Shown here one piece after another: positions 35,940 through 42,331 of a stretch of 42,331 nucleotides of DNA; the first letter of the stretch is position 1; every line of letters starts with the position of its first letter. The position numbers were made by a program, and so were the translations under genes. Source of the DNA: a virus. Taxonomy: Duplodnaviria; Caudoviricetes. The notes below the pieces were generated by a model, which saw only the letters and a program-made list of their open reading frames with translations, made no database searches and was not told the DNA's origin. The stretch covers positions 1 through 42,331 of IMG/VR virus record IMGVR_UViG_3300033067_000656; one strand, given 5' to 3'.

Positions 35940-37658
35940 TCACAGTTGCTTCCAGTTGAGGCCCTGGCACCCGCGATGGTACGGGTCGGAGGGGCCAATG
36001 TTCAGACGCGCCTGGTGTTCCTTCCACGCCGCCTCAATGTCGCTCGGGAAGATGATGCGGTTCATGCCGTTCATCTCCTTCTTCTCTTCGACCTCGCGCT
36101 CGCTCGGCGCGTAGGCCATGTCCAACTGGTAGGCCAGCGCATCGAGCCGGTCCTTCGTCTTGGCTCGCGGGTAGCGCACCATCTCGTTCTCCAGCGACTC
36201 GTGCCCGCGACGGAAGTGCAGGCGCCCGGCCCGCGCCACCGGCTCAAGGCCGCCGATACGCATGTCCTTCGAGCGCATCCGCGTCTCCAGATCCTTGAAC
36301 GGCGGCCACTCCTGCAAGAGTTGGGACTGCTGGTTGGCGTAGAACATGATCGCCTTCTGGAGCTTGTCCTTCTCCACGCCGATCTGGAGCGGGCGCCACA
36401 CGCGGTTGTGGCGGAAGAGTTCGTCGATGAAGGCGCCGGGTGACGGGCCGCGCTCCGCGAACATATCGAGCGTCCAACAGTGCCCGTTCTTGTCCCACCC
36501 ACAGGTGAGAATCACGGCGTCACATGCCTCGCGCTCCTCGCTGATCGCCGGGTCGGCGGTGGTCAGGATGACCAGGGAACGCAACCACTCGTCCAGTTGC
36601 GGGCCGACCGGCAACTCGAAGTAGGCGTCCTTGAAGTAGGACGGCTTGAACATGGCCGTCTCTTCGTCGATGGGCTCGTTCAAGTACTGGCACGAGAAGA
36701 GACTCGGGCGCATCGTCGTGCGCTTGTCCTCAAGGATTTCGGGGCCGAGGCGTTCAGGGAAGAAGTACCGCGCCTTGCCAGCCGCGACCTCGGCATCGCT
36801 TCGGATGGCCGACTCCTTCTGGATGCACCACTTCCCGCGCTCCTCTTCCGACTCGATGAAGTATCCGTAGAGATCCTTGTCGTCCCATCGCGTACCGACG
36901 AAGATCATCAGCGACGGGTTCTCGGCAATCGGGATCAGGCGCCGGTAGAAGTCGATGGTCGACTGGTTGCCCTCGGTCGAGCGGGCCTGCTGCTCACCGA
37001 AGATGTCGTCCATGATGAGGATGTCGGCGTGCGTCGAGTTCGCGGCGGACTTCAGCGAACAGGTGCCGATGTTGTAGTCCTTCGTGCGGTAGTCCTGACG
37101 CCACGAGATGTTGATGGCCTGGTTCGTCCACTTCAGCCGGTTGCGATTGTCGTTCGTCGGCCCGATCTGCCCGAACAGTTCGATGAACATGGGGCAGTTG
37201 GCGATTAGTTCCTTGATCGCTGCGAGGAACTTCTCGACGTTCTGGTCGATCTCCTGGCCGAGCAGGATGCGCTGGTCGTAGCCCTTCTTCCCGTTGAAGG
37301 AGCGCGGCGGGGACCACGCGGGCTTGTAGTGGGGGTCGAGTGGATCGGGCGGCTCGTCCTGCGTCAAGATCCAGAGCGGCCACGCTTGCGTGATGACCGA
37401 TGTCTTGAACGACCCTCGCGGCATGAGCTTCAGGTGACGGTCGATGCCGCCCGAAATCGCGTGTTCGCCCTGGCCCCAATAGGCCAACTGGAGCGACTTG
37501 CAGAGTTCGCCGTGAACGTGGGGCAGGAGGTCGTACCCCAGGCAGTACTTGGCGAAGTCGAAGAACGAGGAGCGGAAGCGTCGACGCAAGGCTTCGTGGG
37601 CGGTCTGGATGGAGTCGAGGAAGTGTTCGCGGGTAGGCTCGGCGCCGATCAGGCTCAC
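35940..37658 (-). CDS. terL: Terminase large subunit
   Basis: Walker A MPRGSFKTS, Walker B ILIMDD, GTRW, SCQYLNEP, nuclease TTADPA...DRLDAL. Confidence 0.95.
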   Translation of the reverse strand: MSLIGAEPTREHFLDSIQTAHEALRRRFRSSFFDFAKYCLGYDLLPHVHGELCKSLQLAYWGQGEHAISGGIDRHLKLMPRGSFKTSVITQAWPLWILTQDEPPDPLDPHYKPAWSPPRSFNGKKGYDQRILLGQEIDQNVEKFLAAIKELIANCPMFIELFGQIGPTNDNRNRLKWTNQAINISWRQDYRTKDYNIGTCSLKSAANSTHADILIMDDIFGEQQARSTEGNQSTIDFYRRLIPIAENPSLMIFVGTRWDDKDLYGYFIESEEERGKWCIQKESAIRSDAEVAAGKARYFFPERLGPEILEDKRTTMRPSLFSCQYLNEPIDEETAMFKPSYFKDAYFELPVGPQLDEWLRSLVILTTADPAISEEREACDAVILTCGWDKNGHCWTLDMFAERGPSPGAFIDELFRHNRVWRPLQIGVEKDKLQKAIMFYANQQSQLLQEWPPFKDLETRMRSKDMRIGGLEPVARAGRLHFRRGHESLENEMVRYPRAKTKDRLDALAYQLDMAYAPSEREVEEKKEMNGMNRIIFPSDIEAAWKEHQARLNIGPSDPYHRGCQGLNWKQL

Positions 37659-38380
37659 TGCACCACCCCGGTATCCTGCGCGTTGACGATCTTCAGGAGC
37701 TTGTAGGCTTCCTTCAGCTTGTCACGCAACTGCTCGGCGTTCATCTCGCCCACCTTGAGACGCCCGCCACCCTTGATCGCCTTGCTCATGTCGGTCGCCA
37801 GCTTCAGCGACACCTGCATCAACTTGATCTGCTGCTCCGGTTCGAGCGCCTGGATGTTGTCGAGCAGGAGGTCGTGCGCCCTCATGCCGGTGCGGTAGAG
37901 GGCGTTGACCATCGTCGAGATGCCCGCTTCGCGGGCGGCGTCGACACTCTTCTGGTCGATGGAGGAGAGCGCCATCTGCTCCTCGGCCGTGTCGCCCGTG
38001 GCGTTCGTCAGGGCGAACAGGGCCTCGGCCTTGTACTGAGCGATGTTGAGCAGCGAGGCGAACTGCTTGTAGTTGCAGCGGTGGTAGAGGCGCATGGCCT
38101 TCACGAGTTCGCGCATGACGATCTGCTCGTCGGGGAGCAGGTTGATGTACTCGGATTCGAGCATGGCGCGACCCTGCATGGTCGGCATCATCGTCTCGCG
38201 GTTCAGGTAGTGACGCGCCAACTGACGGTTGAAGTACCCCTCGTAGTCGGCGGTCGCCGCGATGCGCCCGGTCGTGAACGACTGGATCGCCTGTTTCGGC
38301 TCCTCGATGGTGACAAGCGGGATGTCGGGCGGGAGTTCCCCGGTGAGGTCGTCGTCCAGATACTCGACTTCTTCCTGCAT
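37655..38380 (-). CDS. Putative terminase small subunit
   Basis: Directly upstream of terL (GTGA overlap); helical, HTH-like middle region. Confidence 0.5.
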   Translation of the reverse strand: MQEEVEYLDDDLTGELPPDIPLVTIEEPKQAIQSFTTGRIAATADYEGYFNRQLARHYLNRETMMPTMQGRAMLESEYINLLPDEQIVMRELVKAMRLYHRCNYKQFASLLNIAQYKAEALFALTNATGDTAEEQMALSSIDQKSVDAAREAGISTMVNALYRTGMRAHDLLLDNIQALEPEQQIKLMQVSLKLATDMSKAIKGGGRLKVGEMNAEQLRDKLKEAYKLLKIVNAQDTGVVQ

Positions 38381-38381
38381 G

Positions 38382-38603
38382 TCACGGCCTCACGCGGAAG
38401 AAGGCGTCGTCGTAGTGCGGGTGCCGGGCAGGTTGGGCGACGTTGGAGGGGGAGTAGGGGATGGGTTCGGCGCCGGAGGCGGCGCGTTCCTGCTGGCGCA
38501 GCGTGAGGGCGCGAGGCTTCGATGAGAGGCGCCCGAGAGCGAACCCCATGATGACGCCACCGATCAGCGTGCCGAACTGAACCGCCGCCATCTCTGCTGA
38601 CAC
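38382..38603 (-). CDS. Small single-TM protein, first late gene
   Basis: GTG start after GGAGGGTG; FGTLIGGVIMGFALG TM segment. Confidence 0.55.
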   Translation of the reverse strand: MSAEMAAVQFGTLIGGVIMGFALGRLSSKPRALTLRQQERAASGAEPIPYSPSNVAQPARHPHYDDAFFRVRP

Positions 38604-38625
38604 GTCACCCTCCCAGGTCGCACTC

Positions 38626-38654
38626 ACGCTACACCCAAGGATCGTGCCACGCAA
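38626..38654 (-). promoter_or_regulatory. Candidate late promoter TTGCGT-N17-TAGCGT, with nested sigma54-like TGGCACG-N4-TTGG
   Basis: Lies between the terminator and the first late gene. Confidence 0.5.
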
Positions 38655-38674
38655 CCGGCAAATTTCTATCCGGT

Positions 38675-38716
38675 AAAAAATTAGCCGCCCCCTCCCGACT
38701 GGCGAGAAGGGGCGGC
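38675..38716 (-). terminator. Rho-independent terminator
   Basis: Minus strand gccgccccttctcg-ccagt-cgggagggggcggc followed by taatttttt. Confidence 0.75.
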
Positions 38717-38787
38717 CGACCACCGGCGAAGGGCGAACGACACCGATGGGTTGAACCTACACGGGTCGGGCTGGCCCCGTCAAGGGA

Positions 38788-39093
38788 TCAGTTGACCACC
38801 TTGAGCCCGGCTTGCGCGGGTGCCACGACGAGCGGGGACTTGGGCGGCGCCGGGGGCTGCATGGTCTGGAGGAGGACGCGCTGGACACCGAGGGACGCGA
38901 TCCAGTGGACTTTCGCGGCGTCCCCCGCACCGAACATCGGGGCGAAGCCCTGGCCCTCGCTGGTGAGGATTTCCACCGTGCAGAAGCCAGCACTGCCGCC
39001 CAACGCCTCGATCTTGGCCCAGAACTCCTCCCACGCCTTCGCCGTGCCTTCCGCACGCTCCTGCATCGTGAGGTCGTCAAAGCCTTCAGCCAC
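38788..39093 (-). CDS. Hypothetical protein
   Basis: 101 aa, GGAGGTG SD. Confidence 0.7.
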   Translation of the reverse strand: MAEGFDDLTMQERAEGTAKAWEEFWAKIEALGGSAGFCTVEILTSEGQGFAPMFGAGDAAKVHWIASLGVQRVLLQTMQPPAPPKSPLVVAPAQAGLKVVN

Positions 39094-39337
39094 GCTGGAT
39101 CACCTCCGTTCCGTTCATGCAGATCGTGTGCCCGGCGATGTAGGTCAACTGGAAACAGCGGGCCATGTCGCCGCGCACCGTCTGGTGGCCGAACACGCGG
39201 TCGTTGATCTCGAAGTCGAACACGAGGACGGCGTGCTGCATGTTGTACTGGTCGCGCAGCCGATCCAGAAACTCGTCGATCTCCTGGTTCATGTTCTGGT
39301 TCATCGTCTTCGCCTGGTCCTGCACTTCGTCAGACAC
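39086..39337 (-). CDS. Hypothetical protein
   Basis: 83 aa, GGAGGG SD, downstream of the leftward promoter. Confidence 0.7.
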   Translation of the reverse strand: MSDEVQDQAKTMNQNMNQEIDEFLDRLRDQYNMQHAVLVFDFEINDRVFGHQTVRGDMARCFQLTYIAGHTICMNGTEVIQRG

Positions 39338-39364
39338 CTTGCCCTCCGTCGAATGAGAAACACC

Positions 39365-39393
39365 TTGATGTAGTACAACCTCTCAGTTATTCT
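39365..39393 (+). promoter_or_regulatory. Rightward sigma70 promoter TTGATG-N17-TATTCT
   Basis: Upstream of the RHH gene. Confidence 0.55.
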
Positions 39394-39417
39394 GCCAGCG
39401 AGGGCGCAGGGTGTCAA
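39389..39417 (-). promoter_or_regulatory. Leftward sigma70 promoter TTGACA-N17-CAGAAT with extended -10 TG
   Basis: Perfect -35; its -10 overlaps the -10 of the rightward promoter. Confidence 0.65.
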
Positions 39418-39438
39418 CGGGAAAGTGGAGGGTCATTG

Positions 39439-39675
39439 ATGAAGCCGACCGAGATGTTCGACGACGCGCCGGTATCGACCTGGCGGCCGGGCGACTCGCC
39501 CAAGCTCGCCAAGCGGTACACCGATCACGTCTGGATTGATCCGCTGTGGAAGAAGAAGCTGTGGGGTATCGTGGCCGCACACAAACAGGGGGGCGACAGC
39601 CGATCCTCCCTGCGGCGACTTATCGAGGCCGCCCTGGCTGAGAAGTACGGGCCGCTCACGGAACCGGAGGAGTGA
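39439..39675 (+). CDS. Putative ribbon-helix-helix (Arc/CopG-like) regulator
   Basis: Beta strand TDHVWID, helix LWKKKL, then SRSSLRRLIEAALAE; first gene after the promoter pair. Confidence 0.55.
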   Translation: MKPTEMFDDAPVSTWRPGDSPKLAKRYTDHVWIDPLWKKKLWGIVAAHKQGGDSRSSLRRLIEAALAEKYGPLTEPEE

Positions 39676-39878
39676 TGCCGGAAGACGATGACGCGCTGGC
39701 TCGGGTGCTACAACGAGACGCCATCAAGTACGGCGCCCGGTCGGTTGAGTACCGGATGGGGTGGGCGATGGGGCGAGTGCTTGATCGACTGTGCCTCATG
39801 GGGATGGAAAAGTCCTGGCTCGTGCTGAGAGAACTGCTCGATGAGTATGTGACGGACTGCAAAGGTAGGGAGGAGTGA
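39672..39878 (+). CDS. Hypothetical protein
   Basis: 68 aa, coupled to neighbours. Confidence 0.6.
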   Translation: MMPEDDDALARVLQRDAIKYGARSVEYRMGWAMGRVLDRLCLMGMEKSWLVLRELLDEYVTDCKGREE

Positions 39879-40252
39879 TGAGAGCCATCGTGTGCGGAGG
39901 GCGGACACTGGCCCCACCGGGTAGCACGAGCGAAGATTACATCTGGAGGAAGCTGTCGTCGCTGCGACCTGACTCTATCGTGGTGGGCGACAATGGCGAC
40001 GACTACGAGGACGGCACGGATGCCGCCGCGTTTCGGTGGGCTATCGCCAAGGGTGTTCACGTCGCCCATTGTCCCGCGCTGTGGCGTGCGAACGCCAAGG
40101 CGGCTGGTCCGCTACGCAACGGGTTTATGGCAACGCTGAACGTCGACACCTGCATTGCCTTTCCGGGCGGGCGCGGCACGGACGACATGATAGGCAAGGC
40201 TCGCGCGTTGGGCTTGAACGTCATCGAAGTTCGATTCGACGAGGAGGGATGA
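39878..40252 (+). CDS. SLOG-superfamily protein (DUF2493/YspA-like)
   Basis: RAIVCGGR...GTD...AAGPLRNGFM...CIAFPGGRGTDDMI. Confidence 0.85.
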   Translation: MRAIVCGGRTLAPPGSTSEDYIWRKLSSLRPDSIVVGDNGDDYEDGTDAAAFRWAIAKGVHVAHCPALWRANAKAAGPLRNGFMATLNVDTCIAFPGGRGTDDMIGKARALGLNVIEVRFDEEG

Positions 40253-40509
40253 TGTCACGAGACTGCCCGAAGGGCGGACACTGCACGCCGGAGGTGGCCG
40301 GGGCAACCCGATCTCCGCAGTTCGAGTTCGATAACAAGACAGGCCAGCACTACGAGCGCGGCGTGCGCTGGACGAGCAAGTGTCGCAAGTGCGGGGCACT
40401 CATGGCGTGGGCTGTCGGTGAGGTGGATGAAGCCACGGTCAAGGTTCGTCGTGAGCGCAAACGCGAGTCGAAGCGCGACGCGGCGGCGCGGCAGGAGAGC
40501 CTGCTGTGA
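40249..40509 (+). CDS. Zinc-binding hypothetical protein
   Basis: CPKGGHC...CRKCG; ATGA overlap. Confidence 0.6.
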   Translation: MMSRDCPKGGHCTPEVAGATRSPQFEFDNKTGQHYERGVRWTSKCRKCGALMAWAVGEVDEATVKVRRERKRESKRDAAARQESLL

Positions 40510-40522
40510 CAGGTGACGCACC

Positions 40523-41899
40523 ATGACCACTGCGCCCGTCCGCGTCCTCCCCGTCACCGATCTCGACATCGCACGCTGCTTCGCTGAGAAGTTCAAGGGG
40601 AAGCTGTATCACGTCCACGCCTGGAAGTCGTGGGTGTCATGGGACGGGACTCGTTGGGCACGCGACCCCGACGAGAAGGTCGTGCGCTATGCCATGTCCC
40701 TTGCCGACGACTACGAGAAGGAAGCACGCGACGAGGCGATCCCTGATCGTCGCGCCAAGCTGTTCAAGATGGCCGGGCACCTGTCCAAGGGCAAGACCAT
40801 CCGCGAGATGATTACCCTCGCTCGCGCCATCATGCCGAAACCGTCCGAAGACTTCGACCGCGACCCGACCCTGCTCAACACCCCGCTGGAAACCGTGTCG
40901 CTCAACTCGGGCTGGCACTACCCGAACGACCCGAACGACGACATCTCCAAGTCAACGAGCGTGGCGTTCGACCCCGAAGCAACCTGCCCCACCTGGGATC
41001 GCTTCCTGCACACCATCATGGGCGGCAACACCGCCTTGATGGAGTTCCTGCAACGAGCGGTCGGCTACTCCCTGACCGGCTCAACCAAAGAGCGCAAAGC
41101 GTTCATCCTGTACGGCAGCGGCCGGAACGGGAAGTCGACGTTCCTGCGGACGATCCAGACGGCCCTGGGGGACTACGCGACGACGGCCTCGTCGAACCTC
41201 ATCATGGCCGGGAGGGACGAGAAGACGTACAACGACCTGGCCGCCCTGCGAGGCACCCGGTTCGTCGCCGCTTCCGAGTCGGGCAAGGGGAAGGCGATGG
41301 ACACGGGGATCTTCAAGCTCATCACGGGCGACGAGAACATCAGCGCCCGGTTCCTGTACGGGGAGTGGTTCACGTTCCGCCCTCAGTTCAAGCTGTGGCT
41401 GGCGACCAACCACCGGCCCGACGTGGACGCCGACGACCAGGCCCTCTGGGATCGCATCCGGCTCATCCCGTTCACCGTCCGCATCCCCGACTCCGAAGTC
41501 GACGACGACCTCGGGAAGAAACTGGAAGCCGAACTCCCCGGCATCCTGCGGTGGGCCGTCGACGGTGCCGTCGCCTGGTCCAGGGACGGGCTCGGCAACT
41601 CCGAAGCCGTCAACGCCGCCACGAACGAATATCGTCACGACGCCGACCTACTAGGCCAATGGCTCGACGAGTGCTGCGAAACATCAGCCCTAACTCGCTA
41701 CCGGACCGGATTGCTGTTCGATTCGTGGCGGATGTACTCCAAAAAGCACGCCCCGAACATGCCAGCCGGAAGGCAAAACGAGTTCGTCGATGCGATGCAA
41801 CGCAAGGGCTACGAACGCATTACAGCGACAGGCAACAAAAGCTACATCGTCGGAGTGCAGTTGCGGCAGACCGCCGACGACGACGAAGATCCACGGTAA
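40523..41899 (+). CDS. D5/P4-type SF3 replicative helicase (D5_N plus ATPase, no primase domain)
   Basis: WDGTRW, CPTWDRFL, LQRAVGYSLTG, Walker A GSGRNGKST, ITGDENISARFLY, ATNHRP. Confidence 0.92.
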   Translation: MTTAPVRVLPVTDLDIARCFAEKFKGKLYHVHAWKSWVSWDGTRWARDPDEKVVRYAMSLADDYEKEARDEAIPDRRAKLFKMAGHLSKGKTIREMITLARAIMPKPSEDFDRDPTLLNTPLETVSLNSGWHYPNDPNDDISKSTSVAFDPEATCPTWDRFLHTIMGGNTALMEFLQRAVGYSLTGSTKERKAFILYGSGRNGKSTFLRTIQTALGDYATTASSNLIMAGRDEKTYNDLAALRGTRFVAASESGKGKAMDTGIFKLITGDENISARFLYGEWFTFRPQFKLWLATNHRPDVDADDQALWDRIRLIPFTVRIPDSEVDDDLGKKLEAELPGILRWAVDGAVAWSRDGLGNSEAVNAATNEYRHDADLLGQWLDECCETSALTRYRTGLLFDSWRMYSKKHAPNMPAGRQNEFVDAMQRKGYERITATGNKSYIVGVQLRQTADDDEDPR

Positions 41900-41904
41900 A
41901 AGCC

Positions 41905-42021
41905 GGTGAGGGCAGTAGGCATAGGTAGGGCCAAATCGCATCTCAGCGCTCCCCACTCTTTCCCACATTTCTACTAAGAAAAGGGAGCCTTTCAGCCCTA
42001 CCCTAGTCCTACTGCCCTACC
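41905..42021. repeat. Inverted repeat with GTAGG iterons, candidate replication origin
   Basis: ggtgagggcagtaggcataggtagggc (41905-41931) vs gccctaccctagtcctactgccctacc (41995-42021), with an AT-richer centre. Confidence 0.65.
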
Positions 42022-42035
42022 TCGGGAGCAGTCCA

Positions 42036-42299
42036 ATGTCGGCCAAAAAGTCCAACGTCAGAGAAAAAATCCTGCGGAAAAATTTAGAGAACGTCCAAAA
42101 CGACCTCGACGCCCTCCACGGGGCCACCCCACCCCCAGGCCCCGCCGCCCGCCTCCACTGGCTCGGCAAACGTGCGGCCTCCGAAGGTCGCATCCTGCTT
42201 GCACTTACCTACTACGCCGAAGCACAGGCCGCCGAGGATGAACTGCCCGATGACCTGTGGGAAAAAATTACACGGTTGGGTAATACGAACGAACGCTGA
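42036..42299 (+). CDS. Hypothetical protein
   Basis: 87 aa, GGGAG SD. Confidence 0.6.
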   Translation: MSAKKSNVREKILRKNLENVQNDLDALHGATPPPGPAARLHWLGKRAASEGRILLALTYYAEAQAAEDELPDDLWEKITRLGNTNER

Positions 42300-42331
42300 G
42301 AGTTATAGGGGAGACTGGGGAGAGGGGACCA

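Larger units (their letters stand above)
1..42331. mobile_element. Near-complete podovirus-like bacteriophage genome
   Basis: Complete head/tail/lysis module plus recombination and replication genes; no host housekeeping genes. Confidence 0.95.

Noticed and set aside
1-42331. Integrase/att site or alternative genetic code
   Set aside because: No recombinase motifs were seen. Genes are intact under code 11 and all three stop codons are used.

Overview
This ~66% GC window looks like most of a ~42+ kb tailed dsDNA phage genome with podovirus-like gene order. It starts inside a gene, and I found no integrase or DNA polymerase. On the + strand, 1-12667 is an early/recombination operon: a pentapeptide-repeat protein, an ERF recombinase, two HNH endonucleases, many small ORFs, a 1409-aa double glycosidase-like/FN3 protein and RusA. 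On the - strand, 38603-12669 is the late operon: TerS, TerL, FmdB-like zinc ribbon, portal, scaffold, major capsid, capsid accessories, four paralogous adaptor-ring proteins, nozzle, three ejection proteins (one is a 2244-aa polyvalent protein with ParB-like and ART-like domains) and a lysis cassette. The region 39360-42331 holds overlapping promoters, an RHH-like regulator, a SLOG protein, a D5/SF3 helicase and an inverted-repeat origin candidate. The most notable unexplained signals are: (1) a cluster of covarying structured RNA elements flanking a small ORF at 4250-4735; (2) an exact 18-bp AT-rich palindrome shared between the early promoter region and the coding sequence between the ParB and ART domains; (3) a four-ring tail module with a shared inserted domain; (4) the large glycan-active protein in the early operon while the late operon has no tail fibre. 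All product calls come from reading motifs by eye, with no database searches.
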